NCBI GenBank assembly: GCA_964655225.1 | Contig: CAZZMB010000004.1 | Span: 14,508-78,507 of the forward strand | Length of the DNA: 64,000 nt | Source of the DNA: an uncultured Chitinophagales bacterium | Lineage (GTDB): Bacteria > Bacteroidota > Bacteroidia > Chitinophagales > UBA8649 | Direction: 5' to 3' | Part shown: in pieces, positions 29,512 to 39,633 of the stretch | Layout: each line of letters starts with the position of its first letter | How positions within the stretch are numbered: the first letter of the stretch is position 1 | Program-made: the position numbers and the translations under genes | The notes under the pieces: generated by a model | The model's database searches: none | Seen by the model: the letters and a program-made list of their open reading frames with translations, nothing else | Told to the model about the DNA's origin: nothing

Positions 29512-30686
29512 TATTTCTGACTATTTTCGTATATGAATTTAAGGATATCCTTATCATATTCACTTAAGTTTTTGCCTCTTCTTTTCATAACTCGTTCAGC
29601 TACTTCAAGGGCAGAAGCTAATCTATATTTTGTTAAGCCTTCCGACCCGCCCCAACTGAATGAGCGGATAAACTTTTGAGGAAAGCCACCGCCAAAAATA
29701 TTAGCAAAGACACCTACCACAGTTCCTGTATTAAACATGGTATTGATACCACATTTACTATGGTCTCCCATAATTAAGCCAAGAAATTGAAGCTGACTAT
29801 TGATAAAGTTCTTTTTATTATAGCTGTAGACTTTTATTTCGCCATAATTATTTTTCAAATTAGAGTTGTTGGTGCCCGCACCAAGATTACACCATTCTCC
29901 AATAACTGAATTCCCTAAAAATCCATCATGCCCCTTGTTGCTATGCCCCTGAATTACAGAATTATTAACCTCTCCACCAACTTTACTATACGGGCCAATA
30001 GTGGTGGCTCCATATATTTTAGTACTAAGCTTTAAAACTGCGTTGTTGCACAAAGCAAGTGCTCCTCGAACAACACAACCTTCCATCACCTCAGCATCTT
30101 TTCCAATGTAGATAGGCCCATTTGTAGTATTAAGTATTGCTCCTTCTACGCTCGCTCCGTCCTCAATAAACAATTGATTTTGAGGTCCAATTAAAGTATT
30201 ATTTTGGCTTAGGGGATTGGACTTCCGATTAGCTATAACTTTTGCAAAATCTTGTCTCAGGATGTGCTCGTTTTTACTAAAAATATCCCATGGATTATGA
30301 ATTTGCATGACTTGGCCATCAAACTGAATTTCTTCTTCAAACACCTCTTTACCCACTTGTATGTGTGAAGCGATTAATTCCTCATGGTGGTATAGCGACT
30401 GACCTAAGGATAAACTTTTTATTGCTTGCCAAAGCAGGTCATCTGGAATTATGCATGAATTTACAAGGAGGTATGCATGATTTGGTTCTGGTTTCCAGGT
30501 GTCCCATTTACTTAAATAGGGCACGCAAGTTTTTATTTGCGGGGTCTCTTGCGCATAGTACTTCCATTTCTCTTGAATAGTGCTAATTCCTATACGCAAC
30601 AATGAAATGGGTTTGCTTAATGTTAGAGGATTAAGATTAATCCAATTTTCATAATGATCACTTAAAACAAAAATGGGCGCTGACAT
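29511..30686 (-). CDS. Putative sugar nucleotidyltransferase with left-handed beta-helix (GlmU-like, Bacteroidota type)
   Basis: 391 aa. Hexapeptide-repeat C-terminal half (IGKDAEVMEGCVVRG..., IGEWCNLGAGTN). The N-terminal nucleotidyltransferase-like region is divergent. Confidence 0.6.
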   Translation of the reverse strand: MSAPIFVLSDHYENWINLNPLTLSKPISLLRIGISTIQEKWKYYAQETPQIKTCVPYLSKWDTWKPEPNHAYLLVNSCIIPDDLLWQAIKSLSLGQSLYHHEELIASHIQVGKEVFEEEIQFDGQVMQIHNPWDIFSKNEHILRQDFAKVIANRKSNPLSQNNTLIGPQNQLFIEDGASVEGAILNTTNGPIYIGKDAEVMEGCVVRGALALCNNAVLKLSTKIYGATTIGPYSKVGGEVNNSVIQGHSNKGHDGFLGNSVIGEWCNLGAGTNNSNLKNNYGEIKVYSYNKKNFINSQLQFLGLIMGDHSKCGINTMFNTGTVVGVFANIFGGGFPQKFIRSFSWGGSEGLTKYRLASALEVAERVMKRRGKNLSEYDKDILKFIYENSQK

Positions 30687-30846
30687 CCCGTAAATTTAGG
30701 AAAATCTGATGAATAGTTTAGTTTTATTCGTGAAATGCTTTGGGAGAGTTTTAAAGAAGAAGCTTTAAATGAGGTATGCTCCGTACACGGTCTTGGTCTT
30801 GTTTTTTTGATTTTATTTTACTACATTTAAAAAGCAATTTAAACAT

Positions 30847-31317
30847 ATGAGCTGGCGAAAATTAGATGGGACTTTTCTTGATAATGATTTACCAAAATTG
30901 GTAGAGGATACTATTCAGCATGAAATTAAGGCTGGTTATCAATTGAAGGTTTGTGTTGGGACAGATTCACAGGTGTACCGAAATCATATTGAATTTGCAA
31001 GTGCCGTAGTCTTTTTAAGGCAGGGAAGTGGCGGTTTTATGTTTGTTAATAACCACAGGTATGTTGGAATAATGTCCATTAAAGAAAGAATGATAACCGA
31101 AGTCGCTCAAAGTATCGAAGTTGCATACAGTATATGTGATATACTTGAAAAGTATAAGGTTGATTTTGAGGTACATGCCGATATCAATACAAATCCTAAT
31201 TTTAAATCCAATACTGCCCTAAGAGAAGCGATGGGTTATATCATGGGTATGGGCTTCCAATTCAAAGCAAAACCTGAAGCCTTTGCAAGCACTTCTTGCG
31301 CGGATAAGGTGGTTTAA
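30847..31317 (+). CDS. DUF458 (YkuK-like, RNase H-fold) protein
   Basis: 156 aa with VCVGTDSQ and EVHADIN motifs typical of the YkuK family. Confidence 0.6.
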   Translation: MSWRKLDGTFLDNDLPKLVEDTIQHEIKAGYQLKVCVGTDSQVYRNHIEFASAVVFLRQGSGGFMFVNNHRYVGIMSIKERMITEVAQSIEVAYSICDILEKYKVDFEVHADINTNPNFKSNTALREAMGYIMGMGFQFKAKPEAFASTSCADKVV

Positions 31318-31583
31318 AAAACAATTCACTTTCGGGCAAATTTTCCTTATTTCTAAAAATTGGTTTTTAATAATTCCTGTCTCTGCAAATAAGAATGTTT
31401 TTTTATAGCATTATAAACCCCAATTTCAACTAAGTTAATTGTTCTGCAATTCCACTTATTTTAACAGTCTTTAACTTGATATTTAGTAAAGTCATGTTAT
31501 TGTCAAAAAAACACCGTTAACTGCTATTTGGGAGGTGTTCATGATGATTAATTAACCATCTTTGTAACAACAAAATTTATCAG

Positions 31584-32822
31584 TTGTCAGTAAAAAATTC
31601 CGTGTTTGTCTTTGGTGTAAATTACACTTCATCAAATGTTATTGTTAAAGAATTTATAACAAATTTAACATCAACAATTGAATCTATTCCTGAGGGTAGT
31701 TTTGACAGTTTAATAGTTCTTTCCACCTGCAATAGATTCGAAGTTATTGGTTTTGGTAATATTGAAAATTTAATTAGTATTTTTCAAAAAGAAATTTCTT
31801 CCTTTAAAACTATAAAAAGTTATTTTCATCAAAAGAAAAATGATCAAGCAATAGAATATTTGTTTCGTCTTGCTTGCGGATTGGAATCAAAAATATTGGG
31901 TGATATAGAAATATTGGGTCAATTTAGAAAAGCAACTCTTGCTGCTAAATCCAATAATAATATATGCAGTTTAATGGAGAGGTTAACCAACACCGTTATT
32001 CAGGCGGCTAAAGATGTCCGATTAAATACTCAAATTACTTCGGGAACAACCTCCCTTTCCTATGCGGTTATTCAAATACTCAAACAATACAATTTATCCT
32101 GCAATCAAAACATCCTTATGATTGGTATGGGGAATTTTGGAAAAAGTCTTGTTAGAAACTTGAGCCATTATTATCCTGAAAATAAATTAACCTTGACAAA
32201 TAGAAGTTATGATAAATGTATGGCAATAGCTAAGGAAATTGAGTGCTCTATTTTTCCCTTTGAGGAAATTGCCGATAGAATTAATAATTACAATATAATT
32301 ATTGCTGCAATCAGCGAATTCGACAATCAATTCAGCATAAAATTAGATAATGAAAGTATTAAAATGACCATCGATTTATCTGTGCCATCTTTTTTTAACG
32401 ATGAAATGTTTGAAAGCGATTCAATTCAAAGAATAGATATTGATATGGCTTCTGAAATTATCAATACCACCTTAATACAGCGTAAGTCAAGTATTGAAAA
32501 TGCTGAAATAATTTTAAAAAAATACATTCAGGAGTTTAAGCAATGGGATTATATCAATGAAAACTATGTAAAACAATGGAAAAATAATTTTTCTGACATT
32601 ACCAACGATTGTAATATTCTAATTAATATGGATAATCAGGAACTAGATTTAATTCGAAATAGAAGTACGGGAGATCTAGTGAAATTCGTAAAAGCTAATA
32701 GCTTCTCTAAAAATTTTGAGCCCTTGGACTTTCTCAAATCACAAGTTCAAAATTCGTGTTTGGTCAAGCACTACACAAATGAATCGGGCCATTTAAATTG
32801 CAATTTGTGTCTAGGAAGCTAA
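31584..32822 (+). CDS. hemA: Glutamyl-tRNA reductase
   Basis: LSTCNRFEV catalytic Cys motif, GLESKILGD, and IGMGNFGKS NADPH-binding motif. It has a TTG start, is very AT-rich, and has a divergent C-terminal domain. Confidence 0.8.
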   Translation: MSVKNSVFVFGVNYTSSNVIVKEFITNLTSTIESIPEGSFDSLIVLSTCNRFEVIGFGNIENLISIFQKEISSFKTIKSYFHQKKNDQAIEYLFRLACGLESKILGDIEILGQFRKATLAAKSNNNICSLMERLTNTVIQAAKDVRLNTQITSGTTSLSYAVIQILKQYNLSCNQNILMIGMGNFGKSLVRNLSHYYPENKLTLTNRSYDKCMAIAKEIECSIFPFEEIADRINNYNIIIAAISEFDNQFSIKLDNESIKMTIDLSVPSFFNDEMFESDSIQRIDIDMASEIINTTLIQRKSSIENAEIILKKYIQEFKQWDYINENYVKQWKNNFSDITNDCNILINMDNQELDLIRNRSTGDLVKFVKANSFSKNFEPLDFLKSQVQNSCLVKHYTNESGHLNCNLCLGS

Positions 32823-33712
32823 AAATCGGCACACGGAGTAGTCCTCTTGCTATTTTTCAAGCAAAACAAATCCAAAAACATATCGATGATTTGGGTTTTG
32901 ATTCAGAAATCATATGTATTGAAAGTCAAGGCGATAATGACTTAATTTTACCCTTGTACGAATTGGGCATTCAAGGTATTTTTACAAAAACACTCGATAC
33001 TGCATTACTAAATAACAAAATAGACATAGCAGTTCATTCATTAAAGGATGTTCCAACGCGGCTGTCTGCTGGTCTTCTTCTTGCAGCGGTATCGGAAAGA
33101 ACCAATGCGAAAGATGTTTTAGTTTTTAAGGATGGCTTTGATATGAACAAAAGTTCGGTAATTGCTACAAGTAGTCTAAGACGCAAAGCGCAATGGCTTA
33201 ATAAATATCCTAATCACAGAATTGAGAATATAAGAGGTAATATTAACTTGAGGTTAGATAAGCTAGAACGAAGCACCAAGTGGGATGGAGCTATTTTTGC
33301 TGCGATAGGCTTACAAAGGTTACAAATATTACCAAAGCAAAGCATTATACTAGATTGGATGGTGCCTGCTCCAGCTCAAGGTGCAATTGGAGTTATTTGC
33401 AGGGATGATGATCTATTTGTCAAGAATACTTGTTTACAAATTAATCACGAATCAACCAGCTTCGAGGTAATGGTAGAGCGGGGTATTTTAAAAGGTTGTT
33501 TTGGTGGATGTACCATGCCTTTAGGTGCAAAAGCTTCAATTCAAGGGGGGTATATAAACATAGAGGCGGTCTTGTTAAGTGAAGATGGTCAAGATATAGT
33601 ATCGGTCAAAAAATCTTTGCAAATCACTTATCCAGAGGGGATATCTCAAGTTATAGTTGGAGAATTGTTAGATAAAGGAGCGCAACAAATTCTAGATAAT
33701 CTTTCTAAATAA
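32798..33712 (+). CDS. hemC: Hydroxymethylbilane synthase (porphobilinogen deaminase)
   Basis: KIGTRSSPLAIFQA, HSLKDVPT, and RGNINLRL motifs. The start is the TTG at 32798 or the GTG at 32807, and either overlaps the hemA 3' end. Confidence 0.9.
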   Translation: MQFVSRKLKIGTRSSPLAIFQAKQIQKHIDDLGFDSEIICIESQGDNDLILPLYELGIQGIFTKTLDTALLNNKIDIAVHSLKDVPTRLSAGLLLAAVSERTNAKDVLVFKDGFDMNKSSVIATSSLRRKAQWLNKYPNHRIENIRGNINLRLDKLERSTKWDGAIFAAIGLQRLQILPKQSIILDWMVPAPAQGAIGVICRDDDLFVKNTCLQINHESTSFEVMVERGILKGCFGGCTMPLGAKASIQGGYINIEAVLLSEDGQDIVSVKKSLQITYPEGISQVIVGELLDKGAQQILDNLSK

Positions 33713-33716
33713 AGTG

Positions 33717-34412
33717 ATGTATACTAAAATAGTAAGTACTCGTATTTTAACAAAAAGAGTTTTAGAAAAAGCAAAACTATATGGAATTAAAATAATGGAT
33801 AAAGACTTTATATCTATTGATTTTGATATCGCTGAAAAAAATTCTGCTTTTTTATCTTTTTTGAACGATAGGACACTTGTCTTTACAAGCATTAATGGAA
33901 TTAAAGGCTTTATTGATTTATTGAATTCTCACAATATGTCCACATCCTCAAAATCTTATTCATGTTATTGTATTGATGGTAGGACTTCTAATTTTGCATT
34001 TGAAAATAATCTGAATGTTATCCAAACCGCGAGCACGTCGATGGAGCTCGCAAAGAAGATTGTTCATGAAAATAAACATTCTAAACTCTTGTATTTTACA
34101 TGCAAAATGAGAACATTTCTATTTGAAAAGTGTTTAAAAAGCTACAACATTGATATAAAGATTGAGATTGTATATAAAAAAACATTAACACCTTCTTTTG
34201 TAAATAATTTCAACGGTGTAATGTTTTTCAGTGCATCGCAGGTAGTTTCTTTTTGCAAGTCTAATCTTTTAGATAAAAAAGTACCTGTATTTTGTATTGG
34301 TCCAACAACTGCAAAACGTTTAAAGAAAATGGGCCACGAAAACATTTCAATAGCTTCCAAAGCTAAAGAGGATGATTTAATTAATTGTGTAATAGAATAT
34401 TTTCAAAAATGA
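33717..34412 (+). CDS. hemD: Uroporphyrinogen-III synthase
   Basis: Weakly conserved family. It has [21 protein letters not shown], and [13 protein letters not shown] motifs, and its position between hemC and hemE supports the call. Confidence 0.7.
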   Translation: MYTKIVSTRILTKRVLEKAKLYGIKIMDKDFISIDFDIAEKNSAFLSFLNDRTLVFTSINGIKGFIDLLNSHNMSTSSKSYSCYCIDGRTSNFAFENNLNVIQTASTSMELAKKIVHENKHSKLLYFTCKMRTFLFEKCLKSYNIDIKIEIVYKKTLTPSFVNNFNGVMFFSASQVVSFCKSNLLDKKVPVFCIGPTTAKRLKKMGHENISIASKAKEDDLINCVIEYFQK

Positions 34413-35440
34413 AAGCTGAAAAACATTTATTTTTAAGAGCCTTAAACGGTGACTTCGTTGAACGCCCTCCAGTTTGGATGATGAGACAAGCTGGGAGATA
34501 CCTTCCTGAGTATATTGCTATTAGAGAAAAGTATGATTTTTTTACTCGAGTCGAAACACCAGAGCTAGCTGCTGAAATCACCATTCAACCCGTAGACATA
34601 ATTGGTGTGGATGCTGCCATACTTTTTTCTGATATTCTAGTGATTCCAAAAGCTATGGGCATGGATGTTCAGTTAATTGAAAAGTTTGGCCCCTTATTAC
34701 CTGATACAATTCAAAAAAAAGAGGATATCGATAATCTATTTGGGATATCGGACACTTTGAATAATCTTGAACCTGTATTTAACGCGATCAAATTAACCAA
34801 GCAAGAATTAAATAATAGGGTTCCTTTAATCTGCTTTGCTGGCGCACCATTTACTCTTCTTTGCTACATGATACAAGGTCAAGGCAGCAAAACATTTGAT
34901 AAGGCTAAACAATTTTGCTTTGCTCAACCTATTCTAGCGCACTATTTATTAGAGCGAATTACAGAAGCGACAATAGCATATCTCAAAGAAAAGTGCAAGT
35001 CAGGAGCTGATGCTTTGCAAATTTTCGATAGTTGGAGTGGCCTTTTATCTCCAAATGATTTCAAAGAATTTTCTCAACCATACTTGGAAAGAATAACGAA
35101 TGAACTTAAAGACTATTCTCCAATTATTTTATTTGCAAAAGGAAGTTGGTATGCATTAGAGGACTTGGCCAAAACAGATGCCTCAGCTTTAGCAATAGAT
35201 TGGAGTTTAACTCCAAATTTAGCGAGAAAATTAACTGGGGGAAGTAAAGTCCTTCAGGGAAATCTTGATCCGTCAAAACTTTTAATGCCAATACCTAAAA
35301 TTGAGCAAGATGTTGAGGATATGATACGGGCATTTGGTCCCCAAAAATACATTGTTAATCTGGGACATGGCATACTTCCAAATACTCCCGTAGAAAATGC
35401 TAAAGCATTTGTAAATGCAGTAAAAAATTTCAAATTATAA
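34409..35440 (+). CDS. hemE: Uroporphyrinogen decarboxylase
   Basis: [16 protein letters not shown] signature. The ATG at 34409 overlaps the hemD stop (ATGA). Confidence 0.92.
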   Translation: MKAEKHLFLRALNGDFVERPPVWMMRQAGRYLPEYIAIREKYDFFTRVETPELAAEITIQPVDIIGVDAAILFSDILVIPKAMGMDVQLIEKFGPLLPDTIQKKEDIDNLFGISDTLNNLEPVFNAIKLTKQELNNRVPLICFAGAPFTLLCYMIQGQGSKTFDKAKQFCFAQPILAHYLLERITEATIAYLKEKCKSGADALQIFDSWSGLLSPNDFKEFSQPYLERITNELKDYSPIILFAKGSWYALEDLAKTDASALAIDWSLTPNLARKLTGGSKVLQGNLDPSKLLMPIPKIEQDVEDMIRAFGPQKYIVNLGHGILPNTPVENAKAFVNAVKNFKL

Positions 35441-35443
35441 TTA

Positions 35444-36361
35444 ATGCAGAGCTACAAAGATTTGTTCGTAGACTACATTACGAATTTACAGGATAAAATT
35501 ACGGGGAATCTTGAAAAATTAGATTCTGAAGAAAAGTTTATTGAAGAAACTTGGGATAGAGATGGAGGAGGAGGAGGTCGAACTAGAGTTCTTTCAAATG
35601 GCAGAGTATTAGAAAAGGCAGGTGTCAATATTTCAATTGTTCACGGGAAATTGCCCGATTCTGCAATGAATCAATTAAAAGTAAAAGAAGCTAATTTTTT
35701 TGCTTGTGGAATTTCTTTAGTGATACATCCCAAAAACCCATTTGTTCCCACAGTTCATGCAAATTTTCGATACTTTGAGTTATACAATGACAAACAGGAA
35801 TTGGTTGATCAGTGGTTTGGCGGTGGGTCAGATTTGACACCATATTATTACTTTAAATCAGATGCGACTCATTTTCACCAAGAAAATAAAAATGTATGTG
35901 ATCAATTTGATCTCAAATTCTATCCTAAATTTAAAAAAGCTTGCGATGACTATTTTTACAACCACCATAGAAAAGAGAGTAGAGGAATTGGAGGTTTGTT
36001 TATTGATTATTTAAGGCCTTCCGCAAAATACTCTATGGAGTTTTACTTTAATTTCATAACAAGTTTAGCAGATAATTTTTTAGCATCGTACCTACCCATT
36101 GTAGAAAAAAGAATGAAGATAGAATATGAAAATGATCATAAAAATTGGCAAGAGTTGAGAAGAGGAAGATATGTTGAATTTAACCTTATTCATGATAAAG
36201 GAACTCTTTTCGGTTTAAAAACTGGTGGAAGAATTGAATCTATTTTAATGAGCCTTCCTCCCAAGGTGCAATGGATCTATAATTTTATCCCCAAAGTTAA
36301 TAGTAAGGAGGAGGAACTTATTTTTATTTTGACTAATCCTATAATTTTAAATTTAAAGTAA
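35444..36361 (+). CDS. hemF: Oxygen-dependent coproporphyrinogen III oxidase
   Basis: WDRDGGGGGRTRVL..GRVLEKAGVNIS and GGLFIDY motifs. Confidence 0.9.
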   Translation: MQSYKDLFVDYITNLQDKITGNLEKLDSEEKFIEETWDRDGGGGGRTRVLSNGRVLEKAGVNISIVHGKLPDSAMNQLKVKEANFFACGISLVIHPKNPFVPTVHANFRYFELYNDKQELVDQWFGGGSDLTPYYYFKSDATHFHQENKNVCDQFDLKFYPKFKKACDDYFYNHHRKESRGIGGLFIDYLRPSAKYSMEFYFNFITSLADNFLASYLPIVEKRMKIEYENDHKNWQELRRGRYVEFNLIHDKGTLFGLKTGGRIESILMSLPPKVQWIYNFIPKVNSKEEELIFILTNPIILNLK

Positions 36362-37335
36362 TGGAAAAAAGATTTAGAATTTTAAGAAAATCGCATGGAA
36401 TAAGATCATTGGTTGCAGAGACTGATCTCAAGGTAACGGATTTTATAGTGCCCTTATTTATAGTTGAGGGAAATCAGGTAGTTGAAGAAATAAATTCTCT
36501 GCCGGGATATTATAGAAGAAGTTTGGATAAAACTCTTGATGAGATTAATGAGCTAAAAAATCTTGGCCTAATTGCTGTTATTTTATTTGTAAAATGTCCG
36601 GATAATTTGAAGGATAATAAAGGAAAAGAAGCTCTTAATGAAGACGGTTTAATGCAAAGAAGTATTAGGAAAATTAAGGAATTACACCCTGAGATAACAC
36701 TTTTTTCAGACATAGCCTTAGATCCTTATTCTTCCTTTGGCCATGATGGTATTGTCCGTGACAAGGAGGTCGTCAATGATGAAACTAATATTATACTAAG
36801 TAAAATGGCACTAAGCCACGCTAGGGCTGGAGTTGATTTTGTAGCTCCAAGTGATATGATGGATGGTCGTATTCAATCTATACGGCAAGCTTTAGAATTA
36901 AATTCATTTCATAATGTCGGTATATTAAGTTACAGTGCTAAATATGCTTCTTGTTTTTATGGCCCTTTTAGAGATGCTTTAGATTCTTCTCCAGGTTTTG
37001 GAGATAAAAAATCTTATCAAATGGATATTCGAAATAAAAAGGAAGCATTGAAAGAGATTAATAAGGATATAGAGGAGGGAGCCGATATAATATTGATTAA
37101 ACCTGCCATGGCATATCTTGATGTGATTAATGAGGTCGCAAGATATTGTACTCTCCCAATATGTGCTTATCAAGTAAGTGGCGAGTATGCTATGATAAAG
37201 GCAGCTGCAGACAAACAATGGATAAATGAAAAAGAAGCTATGTTAGAATCATTGATAGCCATAAAGCGAGCTGGTGCAGGAATCATAATAAGCTATTTTT
37301 CAAAGGATATTGCAAAACATTTGAATAATTTATAA
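36361..37335 (+). CDS. hemB: Porphobilinogen synthase (ALA dehydratase), Asp-rich (non-zinc) metal-site type
   Basis: Active-site region DIALDPYSSFGHDG and the YQVSGEYAMIKAA Schiff-base Lys region. It shares one nt with the hemF stop (TAATG). Confidence 0.9.
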   Translation: MEKRFRILRKSHGIRSLVAETDLKVTDFIVPLFIVEGNQVVEEINSLPGYYRRSLDKTLDEINELKNLGLIAVILFVKCPDNLKDNKGKEALNEDGLMQRSIRKIKELHPEITLFSDIALDPYSSFGHDGIVRDKEVVNDETNIILSKMALSHARAGVDFVAPSDMMDGRIQSIRQALELNSFHNVGILSYSAKYASCFYGPFRDALDSSPGFGDKKSYQMDIRNKKEALKEINKDIEEGADIILIKPAMAYLDVINEVARYCTLPICAYQVSGEYAMIKAAADKQWINEKEAMLESLIAIKRAGAGIIISYFSKDIAKHLNNL

Positions 37336-38616
37336 ATGGATAAAAAATTAACAAGCACCAACTTGTACAGCAGAGCTTCGAAGTTTATACCTGGGGGAGT
37401 TAACTCTCCAGTGAGATCCTTTGTAAATGTAGGCAGTACACCTGTTTTTATTAAAAAAGCAAACGGTGCTTACCTTATAGATGAAGATGGAAATGCATAT
37501 ATTGATTTGATAAATTCTTGGGGCCCAATGATTTTAGGGCATAATAATCCCAAAGTTGTCCAATCAATCATAGATAAAACTAAAGATGGTATTTCTTTTG
37601 GAACACCCACTAGATTAGAAGTGGAAATGGCGGAATTAATATGCGCTATTACAAATATAGATATGGTTCGATTAGTTTGCAGCGGCACTGAAGCTTGCAT
37701 GAGTGCCATTAGACTAGCGAGAGCATTTACAAAAAAAAATAAGTTCATTAAATTCGAAGGGTGTTATCATGGACATTCTGATGCTTTTTTAGTTAGTGCT
37801 GGTAGTGGTGTTGAAACGCTAAAAATAGATAATGTTTCGGGAGTTACATATGAAGCTACTAAAGACACTATATTGGTTCCTTTCAATGATATTGAAGCTC
37901 TAGAGCGTTCACTTTTAGAGCATAAAAATGAAATTGCAGCAATAATAATTGAGCCTGTTGCCGGAAATATGGGGTGTATTCCACCAAATAAAGGTTATTT
38001 AGAGGCTATTCGCTTGCTATGTGATCAATATAATTGTTTATTAATTTTTGATGAAGTAATGACTGGATTTAGGTTATCAATTGGAGGTGTTCAGCAATTG
38101 ATGAATGTAAAAGCTGATTTAGTTACTTATGGAAAAGTAATTGGTGGAGGACTGCCAATTGGAGCTTTTGGTGGTCGCCAAGAAATCATGCAACTCGTAG
38201 CTCCTTCTGGTAATGTTTATCAAGCAGGTACCTTGAGTGGGAATCCAATATGCGTTAGCGCAGGTCTCCAAACACTCAAAATTCTGCAAAAGGATACTAG
38301 CATATACAAAAGGATAGAGGCTGCAACTATTTATCTTAAAAAAGGCATATCTGAAGCGCTTCATTCTAATAAAATTGAACACAGTATTAATCAAATAGGC
38401 AGCATGATGAGTGTGCATTTTAGTAAGGAAAATGTGGTCGACTTTAATTCGGCAAAGGCCTGTGATACTAAAAAGTTTAACCGATTTTTTCATCACTTTC
38501 TGAACAATGGCATTCATTTGCCACCTTCATCTTATGAATCATGGTTTATTAGTGATTCGTTAACTAAAAAAGAACTTGATAAGATAATAGACGTAACGTA
38601 TAAATTTAAAGGATAA
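37336..38616 (+). CDS. hemL: Glutamate-1-semialdehyde 2,1-aminomutase
   Basis: PGGVNSPVRSF and the YGKVIGGGLPIGAFGG PLP-Lys motif. Confidence 0.92.
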   Translation: MDKKLTSTNLYSRASKFIPGGVNSPVRSFVNVGSTPVFIKKANGAYLIDEDGNAYIDLINSWGPMILGHNNPKVVQSIIDKTKDGISFGTPTRLEVEMAELICAITNIDMVRLVCSGTEACMSAIRLARAFTKKNKFIKFEGCYHGHSDAFLVSAGSGVETLKIDNVSGVTYEATKDTILVPFNDIEALERSLLEHKNEIAAIIIEPVAGNMGCIPPNKGYLEAIRLLCDQYNCLLIFDEVMTGFRLSIGGVQQLMNVKADLVTYGKVIGGGLPIGAFGGRQEIMQLVAPSGNVYQAGTLSGNPICVSAGLQTLKILQKDTSIYKRIEAATIYLKKGISEALHSNKIEHSINQIGSMMSVHFSKENVVDFNSAKACDTKKFNRFFHHFLNNGIHLPPSSYESWFISDSLTKKELDKIIDVTYKFKG

Positions 38617-38618
38617 AA

Positions 38619-39632
38619 ATGGCTGAAAAAGTACTATTATTAATGAATCTAGGTTCTCCAGAATCGACAGATTTGAGTGATGTAAAATCTTATTTGGATG
38701 AGTTTTTGATGGACGAGCGAGTTATTGATTTACCCTATGCTTTGAGATGGTTGTTAGTAAAGGGAATAATCACGCGAATTAGGCCCTACAAAACAGCCCA
38801 AAAATATAAAGAAATATGGACTGACAAGGGTTCTCCATTGGTTTATAATACCAAAGAATTAGTAAGTAAAGTGCAAGATTTATCTGGAATTAATACCTAT
38901 TGGTGCATGCGTTACGGTTTGCCATCACCTGAATTAATTCTTAAGAAAATAGTAAAGGAAAATCCGGATGTAAAAGAGCTTATTTTATTCCCACTATATC
39001 CGCATTACGCGCTTAGTAGTTATGAGACAGCTGTTGAACATGTTCGTCAATATTACGCGCAGTATGCGGATCAATTTCAACTCAAAGTGGTTAACCCATT
39101 TTATGATAACGAGTTTTATATAAGTGCATTAGCTGCTTCAATCGAGCCATATCTAAAAAAGCCTTTTGACTATGTTTTATTTAGTTATCATGGAATTCCA
39201 GAAAGACATGTTCGAAAAACAGATCCCACTAAATCTCATTGTTTATCAGTAGCAGATTGTTGCAATCAAGAATCTCCGGCTCATGAATACTGCTACAGGC
39301 ATCAAGTTTTAAAAACAACTGAACTAGTCACCAACAAATTAGGATTAAATAAATCTCAATACAGTGTATCTTTTCAGTCTAGATTAGGGCTAGATAAATG
39401 GTTAACTCCAAATTCAGTAGATCTTTTTGAAGATCTGCCCAAGAAAGGAATAAAAAAGCTATTAGTGGTATGCCCAGCCTTTATTAGTGACTGCCTAGAA
39501 ACACTTGAAGAGATTGAGCAAGAAGGCAAAGAGTTATTTTTAAACGCGCAAGGTAAAGAGTTTCAGTTAATACCTTGTTTAAATAGTCGCGAAGATTGGG
39601 TTAAATCTTTAGTAAAAATTGGAATTAGTTAG
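38619..39632 (+). CDS. hemH: Ferrochelatase
   Basis: LLMNLGSPES N-terminus, LFSYHGIPE, and CPAFISDCLETLEEI motifs. Confidence 0.9.
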   Translation: MAEKVLLLMNLGSPESTDLSDVKSYLDEFLMDERVIDLPYALRWLLVKGIITRIRPYKTAQKYKEIWTDKGSPLVYNTKELVSKVQDLSGINTYWCMRYGLPSPELILKKIVKENPDVKELILFPLYPHYALSSYETAVEHVRQYYAQYADQFQLKVVNPFYDNEFYISALAASIEPYLKKPFDYVLFSYHGIPERHVRKTDPTKSHCLSVADCCNQESPAHEYCYRHQVLKTTELVTNKLGLNKSQYSVSFQSRLGLDKWLTPNSVDLFEDLPKKGIKKLLVVCPAFISDCLETLEEIEQEGKELFLNAQGKEFQLIPCLNSREDWVKSLVKIGIS

Positions 39633-39633
39633 T

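Noticed and set aside
30847-31317. DUF458/YkuK RNase H-fold gene at the left edge of the heme cluster as a possible mobile-element remnant.
   Set aside because: Its composition is normal relative to the flanks by spot count. There is no integrase, transposase or terminal repeats nearby, and YkuK-like genes are ordinary chromosomal genes.
38119-38517. 132-aa antisense ORF inside hemL. Similar antisense ORFs occur at 1640-1957, 25124-25441, 36979-37218, 37470-37748, 50284-50556 and 57059-57361.
   Set aside because: Each lies fully within a strongly supported gene on the opposite strand. They have odd composition (Cys/Phe/Ile/His-rich) and no recognisable motifs. The one in ActF simply mirrors the CAT/GAT-rich His/Asp codons.
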